Assembly (NCBI GenBank): GCA_963801185.1
Contig: CAWDDW010000003.1
Coordinates: forward strand, 1,788,353 to 1,852,352
Reading direction: 5' to 3'
Source of the DNA: an uncultured Acidimicrobiaceae bacterium
Lineage (GTDB): Bacteria; Actinomycetota; Acidimicrobiia; Acidimicrobiales; Bog-793
Length of the DNA stretch: 64,000 nt
The notes beneath the pieces were generated by a model. It searched no databases and was not told the DNA's origin. It was given only the letters and a program-made list of their open reading frames with translations. Of the stretch, positions 1-10,228 are shown piece after piece (the stretch's first letter is position 1; each line of letters opens with the position of its first letter). Made by a program: the position numbers and the translations under genes.

Positions 1-240
1 GGCCGGCGGCGCCCCCGAGGAAGCTCCGGCGCGAGAACCGGCCATCCGGGTCATCCGGTGGGCGCGCCGTCTCTCCTCCGGAGTCCGCTCCGGCCGGATC
101 GGCGGGTCGCCCGACGGGAACCTCGGCCTGGCCGGCTGGGTCGCCCTCGGTCACAGATGATCCCCTTCTCTTTTGGGTCGCGCGGCCGTAGTGTAACGGT
201 CGTGACCCGCGAATTGAAGAAGTTTCTTTCGTGGGGATCG

Positions 241-3200
241 ATGACTCGTGGCGTGGCCCGGCCTCTGTTCGCTTCATGCTTGCTCGTCTCCGGGCTCGGC
301 AGCGCGCTCGTCGTCGGGGCCGGCGGAAGCGCTGGCGCGGCTTCGCGCGACCGTGCCGCCATCGACCACTCGCCGTCGGGCGCGCCCCGGGTGCGCCTGT
401 CGGCGGGTTCCCGCTCGAGCGAACAGCCCCGCTACGTACCGCCGCCGCCGAACTCGCAGCCGAACGAGATCATCCGTGTCGCCGGCGGAGCGCCTCTTTC
501 GAGGTTCACCTCCGGCGTCCCCGCGATCGACGTGGCCCTCTCCAACCCCGGCGGTGTCGCGGTCAACTCGAAAGGCGACTTGTTCATCGCCGACACGGAC
601 GACAACGAGGTCCGCGAGGTGGCGCCCGACGGGATCATCACCACGATTGCCGGCAACGGCATCGCCGGCTTCAGCGGGAACGGCCACAAGGCCGTCGACG
701 CCGAGCTCGATCACCCCGAGGGCGTTGCGGTCGACTCGTCAGGTGACGTCTTCATAGCGGACACGGGGAACGACGAGATCCGCGAAGTGACTGGCGGCGT
801 CATCTCGGACTATGCCGGCGACGGCGTGCCGGGAGACAGCGGTGACGGCGGCCTAGCGACGGATGCGACGCTAACCGACCCCTACAGCGTCGCCGTCGGC
901 CCGAACGGCGAGCTCGCCATCGGGGACACCGACAACAACGCCGTCCGTCTCGTGTACCGGCACTACATCATCAACGGCGGTGCGAAGGGTTCACACATCA
1001 CCTTCCCCTTCGTCCTCTGGATCACCACGATTGCCGGTGGGGGCGTCCTGTACGGCGAGGGCAACCTCGGCACCGACACCTACTTGTCGGAGCCGACAGG
1101 CGTAGCGTTCGACTCGGCGGGGAATGTCTTCGTCGCCGACACCGGTGACTCCGATGTGCGGGAGATCTCCGAAGCTACAGGCGACATCTCCACTGTTGCT
1201 TACTGCCCCTACCCGAACGGTGTGGCGGTGGACTCGAAGGGCAACCTGTTCATCGCCGATCCCGAGCAGCAGCGCATACTCGAGCTTCCCGTCCGGCGGC
1301 TCGCTCAAGCGGATCGCCGGGAGCGGCATCGCGGGTGACTTCGGGGACGGCGGGACGGCCCGTGACGCACAGCTCGACTACCCGGCGGGGCTCGCGGTTG
1401 ACGGCTACGACGACGTCTTCATCGCCGACACCGACAACAGCCTCGTGAGAGAAGTCGTGGCTCCTCGGGTCCCGTACTTCTACGCCGACAGCCCTCCACT
1501 CGATGCTGGCGCCAAGCAGGTGTACTACTACCAGTTCGGCGCCTACGGAGTGCCCACGCCAACTTACAAGCTCGGCTCGGGCTCGCCCTCTTGGCTCGGG
1601 ATCGACAAGACGACCGGGCAGGTCCTCGGCACGCTCCCCTCCGGCGTCACCACGTTCAGCTACTCGGTGGTCGCGTCGAATTCCACGGGCTCGACGACGG
1701 CGGGGCCGTTCACCGTCACAGTCCCGAAGCCCTTCGTCTACGTCAACACCGGGCTGGCGTCTTACTCGAATCCGTTCGGCCTCGCCGAGGCCGGCTCGCC
1801 TCTCGGCTCCAGCCTGTTCGTAGCAGACTCCGGAAGAGGACACGTCGTCAAGCTCTCATCGATAGCGCAGTTCGTCGCCGACGTCGGCACTATGGGCACC
1901 GGGGTCGGGCAATTGAAGGACCCGACCGGTGTCGCGGTCGACGGTGCCGGCAATATCTGGGTGGTCGACGACGGCAACGACCGCATGGAGGAGTTCTCGG
2001 GCACCACTGGCCACGAGATCATGACCTTCGGCTTTCCGGGGTCCAATACGGGCGAGTTCGACGACCCGGCTGCGGTCGTCTTCGGCCCGAACGGCAACAT
2101 GTACGTCTCCGACTCCGGCAACGACCGCATCGAGGAATTCACCACGAGCGGGTCCTTCGTCACGAGCTTCGGCTCAGCCGGCAACGGCCCGGGGCAATTC
2201 GAAGACCCAGCCGGCCTGGCGTTCACGTCGGCGGGTGTCCTCCTCGTGGCCGACTACGGCAACAACCGGATCGAGGCGTTCACGTCGTTCGGTCTCTATA
2301 TCGGCAAGTTCGGCAAGGCCGGCTCGGGCCTAGGGCAGTTCGACCATCCCTTCGGGGTGGCAGTCGACTCGGCCGGAGACATCTTCGTCACCGACCGGGG
2401 CAACAACCGCGTCGAGGAATTCTCCTCGACGGCCGAGCCGATCGACCAGTTCGGGACGGCCGGCCACGCAGCGGGAGACCTCGAGGGCCCGACCGGGATA
2501 GGCATCTCCTCTAGCGGCATCCTCTCGGTCGTCGACACCGGGAACAAGCGCGTCGAGCAATTCGCCGAGCCCGCCAAGCCGGTGTTCACCACCGACAGCC
2601 CGCCTCTGTCCGACGCACCGAAAGCCGCCTACAGCTACGACTTCCACGCGAGCGGCGAGCCACCACCCACCTACTCGCTATCGGGTGCACCGGCTTGGCT
2701 CAGCATCAACTCGAACCTCGGCGACGTGACCGGCACGCCCCCGAGCCAGACGCTCACCTTCAGCTACTCGGTCGTCGCCAAGAACGCGAGCGGCGCGACG
2801 ACGGTCGGACCGTTCACCGTCACCGTCTCGACTCCCCTCGGCTTCATAGGCCAAATCGGGTCGTACGGGACGGGCAACGGCGAGCTCGACGCGCCGATCG
2901 GCGTGGCGGTCGCTCCCAACGGGAACTACTACGTGGTCGACCGCCTCAACAACCGGATCGAGGAGTTCAGCCCGTCCGGCACGTACGTGAGGCAGTTCGG
3001 GACCGAGGGCACCGGTGACGGCCAGCTCGATCTTCCCGTAGGCATCGCGGCTGACCCCGCGGGGGACATCTGGGTCACCGACTACGACAACAGCCGGGTC
3101 GAGGAGTTCTCCTCCACGGGCGCCTACATGTCCCAGTTCGGTTCGTTCGGACCTGCCACGGGCGAGTTCGACTCTCCCGAGGGCATCGCCATCGATCCCA

Positions 3201-4519
3201 CGACCGATGACGTCTACGTGGCCGACACCGAGAACAACCGGGTTCAGGAATTCTCTTCCAGCGGTACGTTCATCCACCAGTTCACCTCGATCCTGACGCC
3301 GGTCGGCGTCGCGGTCACGCCGGCCGGGGAGATGTACACGGGCAACGACGCCAACGGCGAGATCCTCGGGTACAACGCCAGCGATGTGCAGAACGCGACG
3401 TACGCCGGAGCGGGCTCGGGCCCTGGCGAGGTCGACGGCTTCAGCGGCATGGCTGTCGACTCGGCCGGGAACATCTGGGTGTCGGACTACCCGAACGAGC
3501 GGATCGAGGAGTTCTCGAGCACGGGGGCGTTCGTCACCCAGTTCGGCTCCTTCGGCTCCGGCAACGGCGAGTTCGAGGACCCTGAAGAGCTCGCCGTGAC
3601 CTCGTCGGGCATCGTGCTCGTGGCCGACCTCGGCAATGACAGGATCGACGAGTTCCAGGCGCCGCCGAACGCGCTCGTCTACACCGGCCAGTTCGGTACG
3701 AAGGGGACCGGTAACGGGGACTTCGAAGAGGCAGCCGACGTGGCGATAGGGCCGAACAACGACTTCTACACAGTGGATTACGGCAACAACCGGATCGAGG
3801 AGTTCAGCCCGACAGGTAAGTATTCAGGACAGTTCGGGACCTCGGGCTCAGGCACGCTCGACGAGCCGGCAGGAATCGCATTCGACTCGCTCGGAGACGC
3901 CTGGGTCACCGACGAGGTCAACTGCCGCGTCGTGGAGTTCTCCTCTTCGGGCACTTACATGAGCCAGTTCGGGACGTGCGGGTCGTCCACGAACGAATTC
4001 GACAATCCCGTCGGCATCGCAATCGACCCGACCACGAACGACATCTTCGTCGCAGACGAAGACAACAACCGCGTCGAGGAATTCTCCTCCGCCGGGACGT
4101 ACATCACCGAATTCAGGACAACGTCGTACGGCTCCCTGAGCGGTCCGATCGCCGTGGCTGTCACTTCGACAGGCGAGCTGTACATCGCCGACTCCGGCCA
4201 CGACGAGATCGTCGGCTTCGACACATCGACCGATGCCCAGAACGTGGTCTTCGGCGCGCAAGGCTCCGGTGAGGGACAGTTCGAGGATCCGACCGGGCTT
4301 GCTGCCGACTCCGACGGCAATGTGTGGGTCTCCGACGCTGACAACAGCCGGGTCGAGGAGTTCTCCAGCATCGGCACTTACCTCTCGCAGTTCGGGGCGG
4401 AAGGAAGTGGCGACGGCGAGCTCAATGTTCCGGTCGGACTCTGTGTGAGCTCGGCCGGAGTCCTGAGCGTTGCGGACCTCAACAACAACCGTGTGGAGCA
4501 GTTCGGCCCGGCCCCCTGA
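241..4519 (+). CDS. Secreted NHL-repeat (multi beta-propeller) protein with two putative Ig (He_PIG) domains, about 1425 aa; +1 frameshift near 1285
   Basis: Signal-like N-terminus MTRGVARPLFASCLLVSGLGSALVVGAGGSAGAA. Dozens of NHL repeats (PxGVAVDSxGNIxVxDxxNNRIEEF). Two He_PIG-like segments (PSWLGIDKTTGQVLGT, PAWLSINSNLGDVTGTP). ORFs 58-1338 and 1124-4519 join as RILEFPSGG if one C after CTCGAG (1279-1284) is removed. Confidence 0.85.
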
Positions 4520-4582
4520 CGGTTCCGGTCGCCTCGTCGACCGCACGTGGCACCGAGCGCGATCACACCTAATCTCGCGGCC

Positions 4583-4846
4583 ATGTGCCGGAACATAACG
4601 ACCCTCCGCGGGTTGCAGCCCGAGGCCACCGACGAGGAGATCGAGGCAGCCGCTCGCCAGTACGTGCGCAAGGTGAGCGGCGTGCAGTCGACGTCCAAGC
4701 TGACCGAGGAGTCCTTCGAAAGGGCGGTGTCGAAGGTCGCCCGCGCCACGGCCGAGCTGCTCTCGGCCCTGCCACCCCGCCAACAGCCGCCGCCGAGCCT
4801 CCCGCCCCTTCGCCGCCTGAAGGCCAAGGCCGAACCGCTGGCATGA
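4583..4846 (+). CDS. DUF2277 family small protein
   Basis: MCRNITTLRGLQPEATDEEIEAAARQYVRKVSG is the typical family N-terminus; TAATCT lies 7 nt upstream of the ATG. Confidence 0.8.
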   Translation: MCRNITTLRGLQPEATDEEIEAAARQYVRKVSGVQSTSKLTEESFERAVSKVARATAELLSALPPRQQPPPSLPPLRRLKAKAEPLA

Positions 4847-5568
4847 CCGGGCCGACCGAGGGCGCCCGGACGGCGTCGCAGTACGACGCCATGGCACGTG
4901 CCTACGCCGACTACAACGCCGTCAACGCCGCCAACGCTCACTACGAGCGTCCGGCCACGATGGCCATGCTCGGTGAGGTCGCTGGCAAACGCGTCCTTGA
5001 GGCGGGCTGCGGCGCGGGGTCGCTCACCGAGTGGATGGTCGACGGCGGCGCGGACGTAACCGCCTTCGACGTGAGCGGCGGGATGGTCGGGCTCGCTTCG
5101 GAGCGCCTCGGCGCCCGGGCGGCAGTGTTCCGCCACGACCTCCACGATCCGCTCGAGTTCGCGGCTGACGGGTCCTTCGACATCGTGGTCGCCTCACTCG
5201 TCCTCCACTACCTGCGCGACTGGGAGCCCGTGCTCACGGAGTTCCGCCGCGTGCTCGCCCCGGGTGGCGTGGTGATCTTCTCGACTCATCATCCGGCCTG
5301 GGACTGGCAGGAGTTCAACCCGGACGACTACTTCGCCGTGAAGCAGGTGACCGACACGTGGATACGAGCGGGGAGGCCCTTCGAGGTGACGTTCTGGCGT
5401 CGCCCCCTCCGGGCGATGACGGCTGCGGTAAGAGCGGCCGGTCTCGTGATCGACGATCTCGTGGAACCCGAGCCGCTCCCCGAGCTCGCCGCGCAGGACC
5501 CCGAGGACTACGAGCAGTTGCGGACGAGCCCGTTCTTCTTGCACTTCCGCCTCCGGGCACGACCGTGA
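4843..5568 (+). CDS. Class I SAM-dependent methyltransferase
   Basis: Motif I VLEAGCGAG, FDIVVASLVLHY, RVLAPGG; ATGA overlap with the upstream gene. Confidence 0.9.
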   Translation: MTGPTEGARTASQYDAMARAYADYNAVNAANAHYERPATMAMLGEVAGKRVLEAGCGAGSLTEWMVDGGADVTAFDVSGGMVGLASERLGARAAVFRHDLHDPLEFAADGSFDIVVASLVLHYLRDWEPVLTEFRRVLAPGGVVIFSTHHPAWDWQEFNPDDYFAVKQVTDTWIRAGRPFEVTFWRRPLRAMTAAVRAAGLVIDDLVEPEPLPELAAQDPEDYEQLRTSPFFLHFRLRARP

Positions 5569-5614
5569 GCTGACCGGCCGCGCGGGGACCGGCTCGCTCT
5601 GGCAGGATCGGAAG

Positions 5615-6277
5615 ATGGATCTCTACGAAGCGCTCTATACGACCCGTGCCATGCGCCGGGTCCGGCCCGACCCGATACCTCACGAGACCCAGGCCCGTAT
5701 CCTCGACGCGGCGATCCGGGCGCCGAGTGGTGGGAACACACAGCCGTGGCGTTTCGTCCTCGTGGACTCGCCCGAGATCAAGGCTGAGCTCGGTCCCCTC
5801 TATCGCCAGAGCATCGCCACCTTGTGGGATGTCTACTACCGGGCGCGGCTCGAGCAGGCCAACGCCGATCCCGACAAGCCGTCCAACCGGTCGCTTCTGA
5901 TGGTGCAGCGTTCGGCGCAGTGGCTGGCCGACCACTATGAGGAAGTGCCGTTGTACCTCTTCTGTTTCGTGCGGTCGGACGGCGGCGCGGGCTCGATCTT
6001 CCCGGCGGCCTGGAGCGCCCAGCTCGCTGCCCGCGCGGAAGGGATAGGAAGCTCGCTCACGTCGGTTCTCGGGATGATGCACGCGGACGAGGTCCGCAGG
6101 GTGCTCCAGGTGCCGGACACCACGTGGGACAACGCCTGCATGCTCTCCTTCGGCTATCCGACGGGCCGCTGGGGCGTCGCGCAGCGGCTCCCCGTGGACA
6201 AGGTTGCCGCGAGAAACACCTGGTCCGGCTCCCTAGCCTTCTCCGTCCCGGAGCCCCTGTGGCACGGAGGCGCCTGA
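5615..6277 (+). CDS. Nitroreductase family protein
   Basis: TTRAMRR and AAIRAPSGGNTQPWRF FMN-binding motifs, LAARAEGIGS, FGYP. Confidence 0.9.
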   Translation: MDLYEALYTTRAMRRVRPDPIPHETQARILDAAIRAPSGGNTQPWRFVLVDSPEIKAELGPLYRQSIATLWDVYYRARLEQANADPDKPSNRSLLMVQRSAQWLADHYEEVPLYLFCFVRSDGGAGSIFPAAWSAQLAARAEGIGSSLTSVLGMMHADEVRRVLQVPDTTWDNACMLSFGYPTGRWGVAQRLPVDKVAARNTWSGSLAFSVPEPLWHGGA

Positions 6278-6298
6278 GCAGGCGATGACGGGACCGCG

Positions 6299-7981
6299 AT
6301 GACCCGAGCATCGCAGCGCGCAGACGCCGCCATCTTCGGGGCGACCGTCTGCACCGTAGATCCGCTGCATCCCGCGGCCGAGGCGGTCGCCGTCCGCGAT
6401 GGGCGGATCATCGCGGTCGGTGCCGCGGGCGACGTCCGCGCCTTGTGCGGACCCCACACCGAGGCGATCGACGGGACCGGCAGGTTGGTGCTCCCCGGGA
6501 TCGTCGACGCGCACGTGCACCCGCCGATGGCCGGCATCGAGATGCTGCGCTGCGACCTCACCTCGGTCAGCACACGGGCGGAGTACGCCGCCGCCGTCGC
6601 CGCCTATGCCAACGCGCACCCTGGCACCGAGTGGATCCGCGGCGGCGGCTGGTCGATGGCCGCCTTCCCGAACGGACTCCCGGTGGCGGACGACCTCGAC
6701 ACCGCCGTCGGGAGGCGCCCGGTGTACCTGCCGAACCGCGACCACCACAGCGCCTGGGTGAGCTCCCGGGCGCTCGAGCTGGCCGGCATCACGGCGTCGA
6801 CTGCCGACCCACCCGATGGACGTATCGAGCGAGACGGGAACGGCCGGCCGACCGGGGCCCTCCACGAAGGCGCCATGAAGATCGTCGAGCGGCTACTCCC
6901 GCGTCTGTCAGTCGACGATTACGCCGACGGCCTCCTCGCGGCGCAGGCGTACCTTCACTCGCTTGGCATCACGTCTTGGCAGGACGCCTGGGTGCCGCTG
7001 CACGGCGACGGAAGGGACGCGTTCACGGCCTACCTCGATCTTGCCTCATCGGGGCGCCTGACGGCTCGTGTGGTGGCAGCGCTCTGGTGGGAGCGGGACC
7101 GCGGCGAGGACCAGGTTGACGACCTGCTGGCGGCACGGGAGCAGGCGGCTGGCGTCGGGTCGGACAGGTTTCGCGCGACGAGCGTGAAGATCATGCAGGA
7201 CGGGGTTTGCGAGACGTTCACGGCTGCCATGCTGACGCCTTATCTCGATGGCCATGGGCACGAGACGGGCAACTGCGGGCTCTCGTTCGTCGAGCCGGAT
7301 GCGCTCAAGGCCTACGTGTCCCGGCTCGATGCGGAGGGCTTCCAGGTCCACGTCCACGCACTCGGCGATCGTGCGGTGCGGGAGGCGCTCGATGCCCTCG
7401 AGGCTGCTCGGGCAGCAAATCATTCCGGCGAGCGGCACCACATCGCGCACCTGCAGGTGGTCCATCCAGACGACCTGGAGCGGTTCGCGCCGCTCGGGAT
7501 CACCGCGAACTTCCAGCCGCTGTGGGCGTGCGAGGACGCGCAGATGGTGGAGTTGACGATTCCGTACCTCGGGCCCGAGCGATGTGCACAGCAGTACCCG
7601 ATCGGCAGTCTCCTCCGCCGAGGGGTCCCGCTCGCATTCGGTAGCGACTGGCCGGTGTCGACGCCGAACCCGCTTCACGAGCTTCACGTCGCGGTGCACA
7701 GGACGCCACCGGGCAAGCAGGAGCCGGGGGAACAGCCGGCGTTCCTCCCCGATGAGCGCATCTCGCTCGGGGCCGCTGTCGCGGCCTTCACCCGGGGGTC
7801 GGCCATGGTCAATCATCTCGAGCACGTGTGCGGGTCGATCGAGGTCGGCAAGGCCGCGGATCTCGTCTTGATCGACCGGAACGTGTTCGAGCTCGACGCG
7901 GCGGACGGCGACATCGCCGGCGGTCGGGCTCTCCTGACGATGGTCGGCGGCGAGGCGGTCTTCGAGGCACCCGGTCTCTGA
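6299..7981 (+). CDS. Amidohydrolase 3 family (YtcJ-like) metallo-hydrolase
   Basis: PGIVDAHVH, VHVHALGDRA, HHIAHLQ, FGSDWPVS, GSIEVGKAADLV. Confidence 0.9.
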   Translation: MTRASQRADAAIFGATVCTVDPLHPAAEAVAVRDGRIIAVGAAGDVRALCGPHTEAIDGTGRLVLPGIVDAHVHPPMAGIEMLRCDLTSVSTRAEYAAAVAAYANAHPGTEWIRGGGWSMAAFPNGLPVADDLDTAVGRRPVYLPNRDHHSAWVSSRALELAGITASTADPPDGRIERDGNGRPTGALHEGAMKIVERLLPRLSVDDYADGLLAAQAYLHSLGITSWQDAWVPLHGDGRDAFTAYLDLASSGRLTARVVAALWWERDRGEDQVDDLLAAREQAAGVGSDRFRATSVKIMQDGVCETFTAAMLTPYLDGHGHETGNCGLSFVEPDALKAYVSRLDAEGFQVHVHALGDRAVREALDALEAARAANHSGERHHIAHLQVVHPDDLERFAPLGITANFQPLWACEDAQMVELTIPYLGPERCAQQYPIGSLLRRGVPLAFGSDWPVSTPNPLHELHVAVHRTPPGKQEPGEQPAFLPDERISLGAAVAAFTRGSAMVNHLEHVCGSIEVGKAADLVLIDRNVFELDAADGDIAGGRALLTMVGGEAVFEAPGL

Positions 7982-8008
7982 GCGTTCCTGCCCCGGGTGA
8001 TCACAGGA

Positions 8009-8257
8009 TCAGAAGTGGCGGCGCCTGCGGCCGGTCACGAGGAGCACCATCGACACCGCGAGCAGGACGACGCCGACACCGAGCCCGGCGATGCCTCGCC
8101 TGGGGTGCTTTCCGACGACGAGCGCGTCGGCGGAGTGCCCTGGGATGAACGCCGGGAGCGAGTGCGCCGGGACGACGAAGTAGATGACGCCCACCGCCAG
8201 CGCTGCGAGCGCGACGACAAAGAGCACTCCCGCGATAAACGTCCGACCAGATTTCAT
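8009..8257 (-). CDS. Small membrane protein (82 aa, 2 TM helices)
   Basis: MKSGRTFIAGVLFVVALAALAVGVIYF...GIAGLGVGVVLLAVSMVLLV; TATGGT 6 nt upstream of the ATG. Confidence 0.7.
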   Translation of the reverse strand: MKSGRTFIAGVLFVVALAALAVGVIYFVVPAHSLPAFIPGHSADALVVGKHPRRGIAGLGVGVVLLAVSMVLLVTGRRRRHF

Positions 8258-8355
8258 TCGTCCACCATAGGACGGCGCGGTGCTCTCCGAAAGGGTCTCC
8301 GCTGAGCACGACGCCGGCGTGCTCCGACTACGGGAAGTGGACGACAACGCCCAGG

Positions 8356-8805
8356 TTAGGGCAGCTCCTGTTCGTACACCACGATCGACACGCGCTGTGC
8401 AACCTGGTCGTACAGCGACCGTGCGCGGCCGTTGAACTCCTGAGTGTGCCAGTAGAGCTTTTCCGCTCCCCGCCGCGCGGCCTCTACCGCGACCGCCTCG
8501 ATCAGCTCGCGGGCTGTCGGGGTCCCGCGGGACTCGGGGGCGACGAAGAGGTCCTCGAGGTAGCAGTAGGACGCCGTCGTCCACGTCGAAGTGTGCAGGA
8601 GCGCATGCACGATGCCGACGAGCTCTCCGTCAGCCCCCTCGGCAACGAAGCCGAACATCTCGTCCCGCTGCTCACAGAGGCGATCGAACGTGGCCCGGGT
8701 CACGTCCTCGGGCAGCCCCTGCCGATAGAAACGCAGATACCCCTCCCACAACGCCCTCCATGAACTCCAGTCCGGAGCGGCGATCGGCCGGATCACGACG
8801 GTCAC
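8356..8805 (-). CDS. GNAT family N-acetyltransferase
   Basis: CYLEDLFVAPESRG, LYWHTQEFNGRARSLYD. Confidence 0.9.
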   Translation of the reverse strand: MTVVIRPIAAPDWSSWRALWEGYLRFYRQGLPEDVTRATFDRLCEQRDEMFGFVAEGADGELVGIVHALLHTSTWTTASYCYLEDLFVAPESRGTPTARELIEAVAVEAARRGAEKLYWHTQEFNGRARSLYDQVAQRVSIVVYEQELP

Positions 8806-8858
8806 GGCACGAGCCTAGATTGAGCAGGTCTTGGGGGCGAGGGAGGGGAGGAAGAGCC

Positions 8859-9593
8859 GTGGGGCGTTTCGAGCAGAAGGTCGTCCTGATAACGGGATCC
8901 TCGAGCGGGATCGGCGAGGCCACGGCCCGGGCATTCGACGAAGAGGGCGCGAGCGTGGTCGTCAACTCCGTGACCTCGGTCGAGGCCGGCGAGAAGGTCG
9001 CCGCCTCGCTGTCGGACGGCCATTACGTGCAGGCAGATGTCGCCGACGCCGGAGCCTGCGAGCGGCTGGTCGCACAGACGATCGAGCGCTACGGCCGTCT
9101 CGACGTTCTCGTGAACAACGCCGGGGTGACGAAGGTCATCGCACATCACGATCTCGACGCCGTCGACGACGAGATCTTCCGTCGCATCCTCGAGGTGAAC
9201 GTGATCGGCACGTTTCGCCTCACGAGGCTCGCCATGCCGCACCTGAAGGCCTCGGGCGACGGCAGCGTCATCAACGTGACCTCGGTCGCCGGCGTGCGGC
9301 CGAGCGGCAGCTCTGTGCCCTACGCCGTCTCCAAGGCTGCGCTCAACCACATGACCGCCTTGCTCGGCAACGTCATGGGACCCGGGGTGCGCATCAACGC
9401 TGTCGCACCCGGCCTCGTCCGCACGCCGTGGACGGCGGACTGGGGCCCCATCCACGATGCGATGTCGACCGCCGCTCCGCTCGGGCGCTCCGGTGAGCCG
9501 GAGGACATCGCGCAGGCGATAGTCGGCGTGGCCGCCAACCGCTACATGACCGGGCAGGTCGTCGTCGTCGACGGCGGCGTCAGCCTCCGTTAG
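8859..9593 (+). CDS. SDR family oxidoreductase
   Basis: TGSSSGIG, LVNNAG, YAVSK catalytic motif; GTG start after a GGAGGAAG RBS. Confidence 0.9.
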   Translation: MGRFEQKVVLITGSSSGIGEATARAFDEEGASVVVNSVTSVEAGEKVAASLSDGHYVQADVADAGACERLVAQTIERYGRLDVLVNNAGVTKVIAHHDLDAVDDEIFRRILEVNVIGTFRLTRLAMPHLKASGDGSVINVTSVAGVRPSGSSVPYAVSKAALNHMTALLGNVMGPGVRINAVAPGLVRTPWTADWGPIHDAMSTAAPLGRSGEPEDIAQAIVGVAANRYMTGQVVVVDGGVSLR

Positions 9594-10215
9594 GGCTGAA
9601 GGCCTTCCCACCGCTGCTGGCATAGAGGCTCTTCTTGGCCGAGGCCAGCTGTGCCCGCACGAGCGGCTCGAAGTGCTCGAGGGGCAACGTGTCGTACGCC
9701 GGGTCGAAGGCCGCCTGGTCGTACTCCTCGCAGAACTCGGCCGTGTAGTCGAACCACTCGTGGCCGCGGTACTTCTCGCGGGCGTCGCGGTCGAGGCCGA
9801 GGTAGTGGAAGAAGTAGTAGCCCTGGAAGACGGCGTGCTTCTCGACCATGAAGTGGTTCTGCTCGGAGACGAAGGGCTTGACGATCGCGGCGGCTATGTC
9901 GGCGTGGTTCGCCGGGCCGAGCGTGTCGCCGATGTCGTGCACGAGGGCGCAGAAGACGTACTCGTCGTCCCGGTTCGCCCGGTAGGCGCGAGTCGCTGTC
10001 TGCAGCGAGTGGGTCAGCCGGTCGACCGCGAAGCCCCCGAAGTCACCTCCGAGGAGCCGCAGGTGGGTGAGGAGGCGGTCCGGCAGGCCCACGAAGTTCT
10101 CGATGGCTGCGCCGCCGATGATGGCCCAGTCCTCCTTCGTGCCCTCGGTCATGGTGTGGAACTTGGCCTTCTCGGGTGTCTCGGTCTGCGTCGACATCTG
10201 CCCAGTCTCGGCCAT
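9580..10215 (-). CDS. HD-domain metalloprotein (PhnZ/TmpB-like subgroup)
   Basis: THSLQTATRA, ALVHDIGD, NHADIA, VEKH, DQAAFD metal-ligand pattern. Confidence 0.75.
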   Translation of the reverse strand: MAETGQMSTQTETPEKAKFHTMTEGTKEDWAIIGGAAIENFVGLPDRLLTHLRLLGGDFGGFAVDRLTHSLQTATRAYRANRDDEYVFCALVHDIGDTLGPANHADIAAAIVKPFVSEQNHFMVEKHAVFQGYYFFHYLGLDRDAREKYRGHEWFDYTAEFCEEYDQAAFDPAYDTLPLEHFEPLVRAQLASAKKSLYASSGGKAFSPNGG

Positions 10216-10228
10216 CGCGCCGATGGAT

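Noticed and set aside
1-54. Possible minus-strand gene start (MTRMAGSRAG...) running off the left edge
   Set aside because: Only 18 codons are visible and the GGAGGAG is about 17 nt away; not enough support.
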